From positions 128,001 through 192,000 of the forward strand of contig CAXXTH010000022.1 of NCBI GenBank assembly GCA_963668025.2: 64,000 nucleotides of DNA, read 5' to 3'. This document shows, piece after piece, positions 1 to 10,506 of this stretch (its first letter is position 1; each line of letters begins with the position of its first letter). Both the position numbers and the translations under genes were made by a program. This stretch comes from Candidatus Hydrogenedentota bacterium (GTDB lineage: Bacteria; Hydrogenedentota; Hydrogenedentia; Hydrogenedentales; SLHB01). Below the pieces are notes generated by a model. It was not told the DNA's origin, ran no database searches, and worked only from the letters and a program-made list of their open reading frames with translations.

Positions 1-122
1 CCCTTACATTGTATGCTAATACCAGATTCTGCTGTCCATGCATCTTGGTTAAGCGTGCAAACAACCGCCAGTGGGAAGTATTTTCATGCATGGAAACATG
101 CATCGATAGGAGCGAAATTGAC

Positions 123-1283
123 ATGGGAATCAAAAAAATAGGCGTGGGAATCATTGGAACAGGCTTCATTGGAGCCGTGCATGTGGACGCGCTGCGCCGT
201 CTGGGCTACGTCGATATAGTCGCGTTAGCCGAGGCGAATCCTGAACTTGCTCAGGCCAAAGCGGATGCATTCTGCATCCCCAAAGCTTATGGCGACTACC
301 ATGATCTCATCAATGATCCTGATGTGCATGCGGTGCATAACTGCACGCCCAATAACATGCATCTTGAGATCAACACCGCCATCCTTCAGGCTGGGAAGCA
401 TGTGTTTTCCGAAAAGCCTCTAGCCATGAACGCCACGGAGTCCGCCCAGTTGCTCCAATTGGCGCAAAAATCCGGCGTGGTGCATGGAGTCAACTTTAAT
501 TACCGCATGTACCCGCTCGCCCAAGAGATGAAATACCGTATCGCACGCGGCGACATCGGCGACGTACGCTTGATTCATGGCAGCTATCTTCAAGACTGGC
601 TTCTCTATCCTACCGATTACAACTGGCGCATTGAGCCGGAAATCAGCGGCGCGACGCGCGCTATTGGCGACATCGGCTCCCATTGGTGCGATATGGCGCA
701 AACGGTCACGGGCCTGCAAATCACAGAAGTGTTCGCTGATTTCGCCACGGTGATTCCCGTTCGCAAGAAAGCCCGCAATGTAGAGACATTCGCAAAGGCG
801 GATGCGGCTACAGAATGGGAAGATAAGCCGGTTCAAACAGAGGATTGGGCGGCTGTACTTGTACACTTCAGCAATGGGGCCCGGGGTGTTTTCAAGGTTT
901 CGGAAGTTTCCGCTGGGCGGAAGTGCCGTTTTGACATCGAAGTCAACGGCTCAGAAAAAACGTTCTACTGGAATCAAGAGCAGGGCGACCGGCTTTGGGT
1001 GGGCAGCCGGGAAGAATCGAACCAGGAGCTCATACGCGATCCGAACTGGCTTACGCCTGCGATAAAGCCGTATACGGCGGCCCCCTGTGGACACCCTGAA
1101 GGCTGGCTAGATGACAACGCCTCCAACGTCAAGGCGTTCTACGAGTTTATTCGCCAAGGCAAAGATCCTCGGTGCGATCACGCCGATTTCGCCACATTCC
1201 AGGAAGGCCATGACATCATGCTCATCCTCGCCGCGATCGCCGAGAGCGCCAAATCGAGGAAATGGGTTGCGGTGGAACGTTGA
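123..1283 (+). CDS. Gfo/Idh/MocA family NAD(P)-dependent oxidoreductase
   Basis: GIIGTGFIG Rossmann motif, HVFSEKPLA, GDIGSH; AGGAG RBS before ATG 123. Confidence 0.9.
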   Translation: MGIKKIGVGIIGTGFIGAVHVDALRRLGYVDIVALAEANPELAQAKADAFCIPKAYGDYHDLINDPDVHAVHNCTPNNMHLEINTAILQAGKHVFSEKPLAMNATESAQLLQLAQKSGVVHGVNFNYRMYPLAQEMKYRIARGDIGDVRLIHGSYLQDWLLYPTDYNWRIEPEISGATRAIGDIGSHWCDMAQTVTGLQITEVFADFATVIPVRKKARNVETFAKADAATEWEDKPVQTEDWAAVLVHFSNGARGVFKVSEVSAGRKCRFDIEVNGSEKTFYWNQEQGDRLWVGSREESNQELIRDPNWLTPAIKPYTAAPCGHPEGWLDDNASNVKAFYEFIRQGKDPRCDHADFATFQEGHDIMLILAAIAESAKSRKWVAVER

Positions 1284-1328
1284 TGACTATAACCAAAATA
1301 AAAAATGGCCGCCTAATAGAAGGAGCCT

Positions 1329-2588
1329 ATGAACATGCCCAATAGCCAAATTCTTGCCACGGCAGTAAAGAATTTTGAACATGCGGCTGCCCAGCTCAAC
1401 CTCCCAGACTATTTGTTCTGGCGGCTGGTCAATCCCTCGGAGAAAATGGAGATCTGCATTACTCCGGTCGTACCAGGCGGACGCGTGCTCAAAATACAAA
1501 CCTTTATAACCTACCATAACAATATTTTGGGGCCCGCCAAGGGCGGTATCCGCATGGCGGCGGAAGTGACCCAAGATGATGTCACCGGGCTCGCTATGGA
1601 AATGACCTGGAAAACTTCCCTCATGGGCATTCCTTTTGGGGGAGGAAAAGCGGGAATTCGGTACGATTCGGAATCGCTTACCCCAGATGAAAAAGAGATT
1701 GTGATTCGCTCGTTCGTGCGCGGCGCACGCCGCCATATCGGGCCTGAGATTTATGTTCCAGCGCCCGATCTAGGCACGAATGAAAATGATATGGGCCATA
1801 TCTGGGACTGTATCTCATACTCATCCGGCACCGCTATTACCAACGGCTGTTTTGTAACTGGCAAACCGCCCATTTTGGGAGGAATCTTGGGCCGACGCGA
1901 AGCCACGGGAAAAGGCGTGGCCTACACGGTGCAAGCGGCATGCGAGCACTTGAAGCACGATCCCAAAACCCTTCGCTGCGCCATACAAGGCTTTGGCAAT
2001 GTCGGGTCCATTGCAGCGGCCGAACTGGCCAAAATCGGCGCGAAGATTGTAGCGATCACCGATCTGCACGGAGGGGTATTCAAGGAAGATGGAATCGATA
2101 TTCCAGCATTGGCGAACTACGTGGCCGGCAACGGCTCCATCAAAGGATTTGCCGGTGGAGACGCCTTAGGGGCGGATGAGCTTTTCGATGTGAAGTGCGA
2201 TTGCTTCATTCCCGCCGCGACTGGCTCACAAATCCACGCCGCCAATGCGGACCGAATCCGTGCGAAGATCGTAGCCGAAGGCGCAAATGCGCCCACCACC
2301 CCAGAAGGTGATGAGATACTCAATAGCCGGGGCGTATTTGTCATCCCGGATATTTTATGCAACGCGGGCGGCGTATTTGTCTCGTATCTCGAATATACCA
2401 ACGAAACGCAACGCGAACAGATCACCCAGGCGGATGTCGAGTTACGCCTGCGGGAACGCATCCAATCCCAATTCTGGGCTGTTCATGCGCTCGCCCAAGA
2501 GCATCACCTGACCATGCGCCAGGCGGCGATGCGCATCGCCGTGGCGCGTGTAGCGAGCGGCTTCAAATCCCGCGGGCTGTGGCCATGA
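1329..2588 (+). CDS. Glu/Leu/Phe/Val dehydrogenase, probably glutamate dehydrogenase
   Basis: GPAKGGIR, MTWK, GGGKAG, PAPD, GFGNVG, EGAN, NAGGVxVSY motifs. Confidence 0.9.
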   Translation: MNMPNSQILATAVKNFEHAAAQLNLPDYLFWRLVNPSEKMEICITPVVPGGRVLKIQTFITYHNNILGPAKGGIRMAAEVTQDDVTGLAMEMTWKTSLMGIPFGGGKAGIRYDSESLTPDEKEIVIRSFVRGARRHIGPEIYVPAPDLGTNENDMGHIWDCISYSSGTAITNGCFVTGKPPILGGILGRREATGKGVAYTVQAACEHLKHDPKTLRCAIQGFGNVGSIAAAELAKIGAKIVAITDLHGGVFKEDGIDIPALANYVAGNGSIKGFAGGDALGADELFDVKCDCFIPAATGSQIHAANADRIRAKIVAEGANAPTTPEGDEILNSRGVFVIPDILCNAGGVFVSYLEYTNETQREQITQADVELRLRERIQSQFWAVHALAQEHHLTMRQAAMRIAVARVASGFKSRGLWP

Positions 2589-2701
2589 TGCTGCGCGCTG
2601 CATCTGTTATATATTTCGTTGAAAAAAAACAAGTCCAATCTTGGTGTTGATCATATAAGCTAGACAAGAAAAAAAATCACTTAGAAAAAAGGAGCGAACA
2701 C

Positions 2702-3751
2702 ATGAACAAAAGCAAGGGAACATACCGGTTTTCGTTTGGACCCTGGAATGTAGACGAAGGCGCTGATCCGTTCGGCCCAACCGTACGCAATCCTATTCCT
2801 TTCGCGGAAAAATTGACGCAATACAAGAAACTGGGATTCGACGGTGTCCAGTTTCATGATGACGACGCCGTACCCGATATTGACAGCAAATCCCACGCTG
2901 AGATTGAAAAAGAGGCGAAGCAAGTCCGGCAGATGCTTGATAACGAAGGCTTGGTAGCGGAATTTGTTGCGCCCCGCATGTGGTTTGCCAAAGAGACTAT
3001 TGATGGCGGTTATTCCAATAATGACCCCGCATGCCGCAAATACGCCATTGAGCGCTCCAAAACCTGCATCGATATCGCTAATATTTTGGGCACGAACCGC
3101 ATTGTGCTCTGGCTGGCGCGCGAAGGCACCTATATCCGGGAAAGCAAAAACGCCCGGGCGGCCATATTGCAGATTCTCGATGCCATCAACGCCATGCTGT
3201 CACATGACTCCAATGCCCGGATTCTAATCGAACCTAAGCCTAATGAACCCGTAGACAGTGGCCTCATTCCGACCATCGGCCATGCGATCGGCCTTGCCTA
3301 CGCCAGCATCGATCCTTCCCGGGTCGGCGGCCTCATCGAGAGCGCCCACTCGATTCTGGCGGGGCTGGATCCATCCGACGATATGGCCTATGCCTTGACC
3401 CACGATAAACTGTGGAGCGTCCACCTCAATGATCAAGGCGGCCTCAAGTTTGATCAAGACAAGTCATTCGGCTCGTTCAATCTGCGCCGCGCCTTCAACC
3501 AAGTGCGCGTGTTGGAAGAATATGGTTATGGCAATAAGGGCGAGTTTGTCGGCCTGGATGTTAAAGCCATGCGGACTCAGAAGCTGGAAGTCTCCTATAA
3601 GCACCTTGCCAATAGCAGGCAAACTTTCCTTTACCTGCTCGAAAAAGTGGTCACGCTTGACCATGCACTGGAACAAAAGCTTATCCAAGAGCGTGATTAC
3701 GAGGAACTTGACCGCTATATACTCTGCCACTTGATGGGAACCAAGTATTAG
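2702..3751 (+). CDS. Xylose isomerase-like (class I XylA-type) TIM-barrel sugar isomerase
   Basis: GADPFG, FHDDD, WLAREG, EPKPNEP, HLNDQ, DQD metal-binding motifs. Confidence 0.85.
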   Translation: MNKSKGTYRFSFGPWNVDEGADPFGPTVRNPIPFAEKLTQYKKLGFDGVQFHDDDAVPDIDSKSHAEIEKEAKQVRQMLDNEGLVAEFVAPRMWFAKETIDGGYSNNDPACRKYAIERSKTCIDIANILGTNRIVLWLAREGTYIRESKNARAAILQILDAINAMLSHDSNARILIEPKPNEPVDSGLIPTIGHAIGLAYASIDPSRVGGLIESAHSILAGLDPSDDMAYALTHDKLWSVHLNDQGGLKFDQDKSFGSFNLRRAFNQVRVLEEYGYGNKGEFVGLDVKAMRTQKLEVSYKHLANSRQTFLYLLEKVVTLDHALEQKLIQERDYEELDRYILCHLMGTKY

Positions 3752-3832
3752 AAATAACATGTTTCTATGGTATGGAGCGGGCTGGCGGCAAGCCAGCCCC
3801 TCACATTGCCTTGATCAAAGAAAGGGGATGCA

Positions 3833-5026
3833 GTGCGTACAGGCCAGGCTAATGTCGTGGTCGCCGGACATATCTGTCTGGATATCATTCCAGAATTTCC
3901 TGAAACAAGAGAAGGAGCCGCTGCGGCTCCTCCCCCTGGAAAACTGGCTATCGTGGGTCCTGCGGAAGCCTCGACGGGAGGCTGCGTATCAAATACCGGA
4001 CTTGCCTTGCATAAGCTGGGCATATCCACCGCCCTTTTGGGCAAAGTAGGCGATGATCTGCTCGGGCGCGCCACTATCGATTTCATTCGCCAAAACGATG
4101 AGCTTTTGGCTGAAAGCATGATCGTCTCCAAAGGGGAAAAGAGTTCATACACCATAGTCGTGAATCCATCTGGCGTAGATCGAAGTTTTATGCATTTTCC
4201 TGGCCCCAATGACACGTTCGTAGCAGACGATTTGGATTATAACGTGATATCCGGCGCACGATTGTTTCATTTTGGATACCCGCCCCTCATGCGGGCGATG
4301 TTTGAAGATAATGGGAAAGAGCTCATCAAGCTTTTTAAACAAGTCAAAGACACAAAAGCCACCACAAGCCTCGATATGGCGCAGCCTGATCCTCAATCTC
4401 CGGCAGGCCAAGCGGATTGGCTCACCATTCTAAAATCAGTCCTGCCCTATGTGGATATTTTTCTCCCCAGTCTAGATGAAATTCTCTATATGCTCGGTAG
4501 CCCATACCGCGAACGGTTCGAGGCCGCACAAGCCGCAGGCGAAGGATTGGATTATGCGCTCTGCGCAGAGTTGTCAGAGGCGCTTATCGAAATGGGCGTC
4601 GCAATCGTCTGTTTGAAAATGGGCGATCATGGGCTTTATTTGCGCAGCACCGCCGATCTCAGCCGCCTCGAAAAAATGGGAAAAGGGGCTCCCATCAAGC
4701 CGGGCGAATGGCGCAACCGGGAGCTCATGGCGCCTTGTTACCAAGTTAAGGTTGCAGGCGCCACTGGCTCGGGCGATTGCACCATCGCTGGTTTCTTGGC
4801 GGCTTGGACTCACGAGCTCACTCCTGCTCAAATCATGAATATGGCCGCTGCCGTAGGCGCATCCAGCGTGGAACAAAAAGACGCCACCTCCGGCGTCCGC
4901 ACCTGGGAGGAAACCATACAACGCATGCAACACGGCTGGCCCAGGCGAAATCACATTGCACCCAAGGCCGGCTGGCGTTGGGATGCGGAAATGGGGGTCT
5001 GGATTGGCCCTTGTGATTGTTTGTAG
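3833..5026 (+). CDS. PfkB/ribokinase family carbohydrate kinase
   Basis: GGCVSNTG, GKVGDDLLG, ATGSGD anion-hole motif. Confidence 0.9.
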   Translation: MRTGQANVVVAGHICLDIIPEFPETREGAAAAPPPGKLAIVGPAEASTGGCVSNTGLALHKLGISTALLGKVGDDLLGRATIDFIRQNDELLAESMIVSKGEKSSYTIVVNPSGVDRSFMHFPGPNDTFVADDLDYNVISGARLFHFGYPPLMRAMFEDNGKELIKLFKQVKDTKATTSLDMAQPDPQSPAGQADWLTILKSVLPYVDIFLPSLDEILYMLGSPYRERFEAAQAAGEGLDYALCAELSEALIEMGVAIVCLKMGDHGLYLRSTADLSRLEKMGKGAPIKPGEWRNRELMAPCYQVKVAGATGSGDCTIAGFLAAWTHELTPAQIMNMAAAVGASSVEQKDATSGVRTWEETIQRMQHGWPRRNHIAPKAGWRWDAEMGVWIGPCDCL

Positions 5027-5164
5027 CATGAACACCATCTGTGTTCATATGAACTGAGCAGAGAGCTTGTTTTTCGTTTAATACTTTTGTATGCTATGTA
5101 AATAATGAAAAATATGTACGCAAAAATCGTAACGCCTTGTGAAAAAGTGAAAAAGGAGGTTGAA

Positions 5165-5914
5165 ATGGTAGGTATAAATCTCAGCGGAAAAACAGCTCTT
5201 ATTACGGGATCTGGCCAAGGGCTCGGGGAAGCAACCGCCCGCTTATTTCACCAAGCGGGGGCCAATGTGGTCATCAATTATTTCTCGGACCCGGAAGGGG
5301 TGAACCGCGAACGCGCCGAGAAAGTGGTGGAATCTCTCGGTGAGCGCGCCATAGCGCTTGAAGCCGATGTCCGCGACGAAGCCTCGGTGCAGAGCATGTT
5401 CAAAGCAGCCTTGGCTAAGTTCGGCGCCATCGACTTCGTGGTCAACAACGCGGGTGTCATTCGAGACAAGAGCATCAAGAAAATGGAACGCAGTGATTGG
5501 GACATGGTGCTGTCCGTCAATCTGACCGGTGTTTTTACCGTATGTAAAGCAGCCGCCGAATGCTTGGCTGATAATGGGCGCATCGTGAATCTCTCTTCGA
5601 TCTCGGGACTGCTTGGCTTTTTCGGGCAGGCGAATTATAGCGCCTCCAAGGCGGGCGTCATCGGGCTTACTAAAGTGCTCAGCAAAGAGCTTGCACGGCG
5701 CTCCATCACGGTGAATGCGGTGGCGCCTGGCGTGGTGTTGACGGAGATGGGGTTGTCCATCCCCGAGAACTACCGGGAAGAAATGCTCAAGCAGATTCCA
5801 TTAAACCGCTTTGGCACGCCGGATGATATCGCGAACGCCATCCTCTTCTTGTGCAGCGATTTGGGCGCTTATATTTCTGGACAAGTAATTCATGTAAATG
5901 GCGGGTGGGCCTGA
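5165..5914 (+). CDS. FabG/PhaB-like short-chain dehydrogenase (3-oxoacyl reductase)
   Basis: TGSGQGLG, NNAG, YSASK, VNGG; AAGGAGG RBS. Confidence 0.9.
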   Translation: MVGINLSGKTALITGSGQGLGEATARLFHQAGANVVINYFSDPEGVNRERAEKVVESLGERAIALEADVRDEASVQSMFKAALAKFGAIDFVVNNAGVIRDKSIKKMERSDWDMVLSVNLTGVFTVCKAAAECLADNGRIVNLSSISGLLGFFGQANYSASKAGVIGLTKVLSKELARRSITVNAVAPGVVLTEMGLSIPENYREEMLKQIPLNRFGTPDDIANAILFLCSDLGAYISGQVIHVNGGWA

Positions 5915-7455
5915 TGCGAAATAACCGCGATTCGAAAATATGCAGCGCGCAAGAAGCTGTAGCTCTTATCAAAAACGGTGATGCCGTGGCCTGTTCAGGC
6001 TTCATAGGAGCAGTGCATCCTGAAGCCCTGAGTTCAGCCATTGAGGCGCGTTTCATGAGCGAGCAACAGCCTCGAGATCTGACTCTTGTGTATGCTGCTG
6101 GCCAGGGAGACGCCAAAACACGCGGTTTAAATCATCTCGCCCATGAGGGGCTTTTACGCCGCGTGGTGGGCGGCCACTGGGGCCTTGCCCCGGGATTGGG
6201 ACGCCTCGCCACCGAAGGCAAAATCGAAGCCTACAATTTCCCGCAAGGGGTCATCGCCGTTCTCTTTCGGGATATCGCCGCCGGACGCCCCGGCTGCATC
6301 ACCCATATTGGGCTTGGCACCTTCATCGATCCCGAATTCGGCGGCGGGCGCATGAATGACATTACGCCAAATGAGCTGGTGGAGCGGGTGGTTCTAAATG
6401 GCAAAACATGGCTCTTCTATAAGGCTTTCCCCATAAACATAGCCCTAATCCGGGCCACGTCGGCGGATCCCTTTGGGAACCTAAGCATGAGCCGGGAGGC
6501 CCTGTTTGGGGAAGCCCTGCCCATCGCTCAAGCCGCACGCAATTCCGGCGGCATTGTCCTCGCGCAAGTAGCCGAATTACTCGATAAACCCATTCCTCCC
6601 CAATCTGTTGATGTTCCAGGTATCTTCGTCGATAAAATTGTGGTCGCGGACCCCCATGACCATGCGCAGACTTTTGGCGAAGAATACAATTCCAAGTATT
6701 GCGAACCAATGCCGGCCGAGTTTGAAATGGAGAGCCTGTTGCCGCCCTTGGCTCCAGGCCCCCGCCGAATCGTGGTTTCGCGCGCATTTGAAGAGATTCA
6801 TGAAGGCAACATCGTCAATTTGGGAATTGGCATGCCGGAAGGCATAGCCTGCATAGCCGCCGAGCGCGGCTTTATCGAGCACTTCACGCTCACGGTCGAA
6901 AGCGGGCCCATTGGCGGCGCGCCTGCCGGCGGGCTTAATTTCGGCGCATCGGTATATCCGCAAGCCATAATAGGCCAGCCAGCCCAGTTTGACTTCTATG
7001 ATGGAGGCGGCCTCGATTTCGCCGCATTAGGCGCAGCGGAAATCGATGAACAAGGCAACGTGAATGTCTCAAAGTTTGGCCCCCGCCTTCCTGGCGTGGG
7101 CGGCTTTGTCAACATCACCCAAACCGCCAAATCACTGGCGTACTGTGGCACTTTCACGGTGAGCGGCCTGGAAGTCGCGATGGAAAACGGCAAGCTCCGC
7201 ATAGTCACCGAAGGAAAAGGCATCAAGTTTGTCAAAGCGGTGGAACAGGTGTCTTATTCGGCCAAACACGCCATCCAAACAGGCCAGCGCGTGTTATACA
7301 TTACCGAACGCGCGGTGTTTAAGCTCACCCCAGAAGGTTTGGAGCTAATCGAAGTCGCTCCAGGGATCAGCATAGAAGAGCATATTCTGCCTTATATGCA
7401 ATTCCGCCCCATTATACGGAATGTGCGCGAAATGTCGGCACAGGCGTTTATCTAA
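5914..7455 (+). CDS. Family I acyl-CoA:acetate/propionate CoA-transferase (YdiF/Pct-like, fused alpha-beta)
   Basis: NLGIGMP, catalytic VESG, GNVNVS, GGFVNI, YITERAVF; TGATG coupling to the SDR gene. Confidence 0.9.
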   Translation: MRNNRDSKICSAQEAVALIKNGDAVACSGFIGAVHPEALSSAIEARFMSEQQPRDLTLVYAAGQGDAKTRGLNHLAHEGLLRRVVGGHWGLAPGLGRLATEGKIEAYNFPQGVIAVLFRDIAAGRPGCITHIGLGTFIDPEFGGGRMNDITPNELVERVVLNGKTWLFYKAFPINIALIRATSADPFGNLSMSREALFGEALPIAQAARNSGGIVLAQVAELLDKPIPPQSVDVPGIFVDKIVVADPHDHAQTFGEEYNSKYCEPMPAEFEMESLLPPLAPGPRRIVVSRAFEEIHEGNIVNLGIGMPEGIACIAAERGFIEHFTLTVESGPIGGAPAGGLNFGASVYPQAIIGQPAQFDFYDGGGLDFAALGAAEIDEQGNVNVSKFGPRLPGVGGFVNITQTAKSLAYCGTFTVSGLEVAMENGKLRIVTEGKGIKFVKAVEQVSYSAKHAIQTGQRVLYITERAVFKLTPEGLELIEVAPGISIEEHILPYMQFRPIIRNVREMSAQAFI

Positions 7456-7471
7456 CCGAGGAGTAAACGAC

Positions 7472-8620
7472 ATGAAACCGATTTGCATTGTGGCTGCTAA
7501 ACGGACCCCTCAAGGCAAGCTGTTAGGCGCGCTCACATCTAAAAGTGCGGTGGATCTGGCGCTTGTGGCGGGTAAAGCCGCGCTCGAGGGCATCGCCCCC
7601 GAGGAGGTGGATGAGGTTATTCTGGGGAATGTGCTTGCCGCTGGGCAGGGCATGAATATCGCCAGGCAAGTGTCCATAGGCGTAGGCATCCCCGACTCTA
7701 AGACCGCCTTCACGGTAAACATGATGTGCGCAAGCGGCATGCAGGCCGTTATACTGGCGGCCGAATCGATCCAGCTCGGAAAATCACACGTCGTATTATG
7801 CGGTGGAACCGAGTCCATGACCAACGCTCCCCATTTGCTGACCCGTGCACGGACAGGCTATAAGCTTGGCGATGGCGTCCTCGTGGATTCGGTGTTGCGC
7901 GATGGCCTGGTGGACACGTTTTCGAATGACCATATGGGGTTGACCGCTGAAAAACTGGCCGAAGAATACTCCCTCACCCGCACCGAACAAGACGCCTTTG
8001 CGCAATGCAGCCAGCAGCGCTGGGGGGATGCGCAGAAATCCGGCGTTTACGAGCAGGAATTGGTACCCATGAAGGAATTGGCCCAGGATGAACACCCACG
8101 GCCCGAGGTGACGCTGGAACAGCTCGCCAAACTGAGGCCCGCCTTCAAGCCAGACGGTACCGTGACGGCAGGAAACTCCTCTGGCATCAACGATGGAGCC
8201 GCCATACTGCTGCTCTGTGATTTAGAGACTGCGCAAAAACACGGCTGGACGCCCTTAGCGCTCATGACAGGATGGACGAGCGTTGGCTGCGATCCCTACC
8301 GCATGGGATTAGGCCCCGTCCACGCCACACGGAAACTACTCGATATGACGGGCTGGACGCTGGCGCAGTTTGACCAGATCGAGCTCAATGAAGCATTCGC
8401 TTCGCAATCGCTGGCCTGCATCAAAGAGCTTGGACTCGATCCGGAACGTGTCAATGTGCATGGCGGAGCCATTGCCATCGGCCATCCCATTGGCGCATCC
8501 GGAGCGCGTATCATCACCCATTTGGCGCATTGCCACCATCGCGGCGAGACCAAACAGTCCTTCGCATCGTTATGTATTGGTGGAGGCATGGGCGCGACGG
8601 TTGCACTTCAGTCTGTATAA
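7472..8620 (+). CDS. Acetyl-CoA C-acetyltransferase (thiolase)
   Basis: NMMCASG, NEAF, GHPIGASG, CIGGG. Confidence 0.95.
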   Translation: MKPICIVAAKRTPQGKLLGALTSKSAVDLALVAGKAALEGIAPEEVDEVILGNVLAAGQGMNIARQVSIGVGIPDSKTAFTVNMMCASGMQAVILAAESIQLGKSHVVLCGGTESMTNAPHLLTRARTGYKLGDGVLVDSVLRDGLVDTFSNDHMGLTAEKLAEEYSLTRTEQDAFAQCSQQRWGDAQKSGVYEQELVPMKELAQDEHPRPEVTLEQLAKLRPAFKPDGTVTAGNSSGINDGAAILLLCDLETAQKHGWTPLALMTGWTSVGCDPYRMGLGPVHATRKLLDMTGWTLAQFDQIELNEAFASQSLACIKELGLDPERVNVHGGAIAIGHPIGASGARIITHLAHCHHRGETKQSFASLCIGGGMGATVALQSV

Positions 8621-8676
8621 CCATTCGATGTATAAACAGGCCCTAATCGATTGGGAATCCAGCGGTTAGGCAGAGC

Positions 8677-8766
8677 AAGGCGCAGGCCGCCACAAGGAAC
8701 GCCAACACGGCTTATACCGCCGCCGAGGTTCGGCTTTAGCGATGGCCTGCGCTTTTTCCTTTTTTT
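8677..8766 (+). terminator. Putative intrinsic terminator with an unusually large structured loop
   Basis: AAGGCGCAGGCC (8677-8688) pairs with GGCCTGCGCTTT (8744-8755), followed by a T tract. Confidence 0.45.
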
Positions 8767-8813
8767 CTCAGAGCCTGTTGACTCCAGAAAATAAACCAAA
8801 AGGCAGCACACGT

Positions 8814-8842
8814 TTGACGCTTGGAGAAGCGGATGATAGAGT
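8814..8842 (+). promoter_or_regulatory. Putative sigma70 promoter for the NtrC-type regulator
   Basis: TTGACG-17 nt-TAGAGT with a TGn extension. Confidence 0.5.
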
Positions 8843-8881
8843 GTTGTTGTTAGAACACGTTCCAAACGCATAAGGCGGGCC

Positions 8882-10276
8882 ATGTCAAACGCAGTTAATG
8901 CAGAAACAGGATTAGCTGTCCCTACTGGGCGCATGCTCGTAGTGGATGACGAACCTGGCATGCGCCAGCTCCTTGAAGCGACTTTTAAAGAACGTGGCTT
9001 TCTCGTCACCACGGCATCCAACGGCGATAAAGCAATCGAGCATATTAATACACAGGCGTTCGACGTTGTCATCACGGATTTGAAAATGCCGGGGCGGGAT
9101 GGCCTTGCCGTCTTGAAGGCGGCTAAGGCCGCATCCGTGGACACCCATGTCATCGTGATTACCGCCTACGGTTCCGTTGAAACCGCGGTTGAAGCCATGC
9201 GGTTGGGTGCCCACGATTTTATTTCTAAACCTTTCAAACTAGCCGAGATAGAACTCAAGGTCGACAAAATACTGCGCGAGTGCGGCCGGGCGGAAGCGCT
9301 ACCCGCTGGGCATGATGAGCTATTCACGCGCCGCATGGTGGGCGAAAGCCAGCAAACGCGGCAGCTTCTTCAAATGATTCGTAAAATCGCCACGAGCCGC
9401 AGTTCCGTGTTAATCACTGGCCCCAGCGGCACCGGCAAAGAACTGGTGGCCCGTGCGATCCATGACGCCAGCCCCCGGAGGGAGCGCCCTTATGTGGCCC
9501 TCAATTGCGCCGCCTTGGCCCCTGGCGTCCTCGAAAGTGAATTATTTGGCCACGAACGGGGCGCATTCACCGGTGCGACAGGACGGCGTGTAGGCCGTTT
9601 CGAGCGCGCCCATACCGGCACGTTATTTTTGGATGAAGTAGGAGAAATCGATCCGAATATCCAAACCAAGCTGCTTCGCGTGCTGCAAGAGAATGAATTC
9701 GAGCGCGTCGGTGGCGCGGAAACCATCAAGGTGGACGTACGCATTGTAGCCGCCACCAACAGCGACTTGCGCGAGGCCATCCGCGCGAGCCGGTTTCGGG
9801 AAGATTTCTTTTACCGCCTCAATGTGTTTTCCTTGAGCATCGAGCCGCTTCGCCGCCGTCCAGACGACATTCCCGCGCTGGTGGACCATTTTCTGCGCAA
9901 ATTCAGTGAGGAAACCGGAAAAATCGTTACGGAGATTTCCGATGAAGTGATGCATCTCTTCATGCGGTATCCATGGCCGGGCAATGTACGGGAACTCGAG
10001 AATGTCATCGAACGGGCCGTCGTACTTACGGACGGCAATGCGGTCACCCGTATCGAGATCCCCCAAGAAATGTTCTTCGCACCGGAAACTCCCGGGCCGG
10101 AGCCAGCGTCCATGCCTGAACAGTCGTCTCTTATCGAGCAAACCGACCAGTTGGAACTCGAGCTGATCCGCGCCGCTCTGGAACGATTCCGATGGAATAA
10201 GACCCGAGCCGCGGAGCATTTGGGGCTCAAACGCACTACGCTTCAATACAAGATCCGGAAATATGGGCTGGAATAG
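8882..10276 (+). CDS. Sigma54-dependent response regulator (NtrC/AtoC family)
   Basis: REC domain (VVDDE, DLKMP), GPSGTGKE, GAFTGA, WPGNVREL, Fis-type HTH. Confidence 0.95.
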   Translation: MSNAVNAETGLAVPTGRMLVVDDEPGMRQLLEATFKERGFLVTTASNGDKAIEHINTQAFDVVITDLKMPGRDGLAVLKAAKAASVDTHVIVITAYGSVETAVEAMRLGAHDFISKPFKLAEIELKVDKILRECGRAEALPAGHDELFTRRMVGESQQTRQLLQMIRKIATSRSSVLITGPSGTGKELVARAIHDASPRRERPYVALNCAALAPGVLESELFGHERGAFTGATGRRVGRFERAHTGTLFLDEVGEIDPNIQTKLLRVLQENEFERVGGAETIKVDVRIVAATNSDLREAIRASRFREDFFYRLNVFSLSIEPLRRRPDDIPALVDHFLRKFSEETGKIVTEISDEVMHLFMRYPWPGNVRELENVIERAVVLTDGNAVTRIEIPQEMFFAPETPGPEPASMPEQSSLIEQTDQLELELIRAALERFRWNKTRAAEHLGLKRTTLQYKIRKYGLE

Positions 10277-10506
10277 GAAATCACGGTGTGATCTTGCGAT
10301 ATGCAGGCATGTTTATATGCATAAGCGTTTTATTTATATTGGCTTTTCTTGCATGGTTCATTTTGTAAAATATGGCATTAATTGCAGTATGAATATTTCT
10401 AGCCTGCCGTTATATATGTGATTTCCTCATGGCTAATGGCTGCAACTGCTCATAAATGGCGCAAATGCATGGCCATCTTCGCCTAGAATCTGCCCCGGAG
10501 TACGGT

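Noticed and set aside
8660-8715. Minus-strand VLAFLVAACALLCL as an IS5 transposase tail
   Set aside because: Too short and low in complexity to support without a search.
10300-10390. Sigma54 promoter upstream of the APC transporter
   Set aside because: The GG..GC candidates have 8 or 11 nt spacing rather than the required 10.
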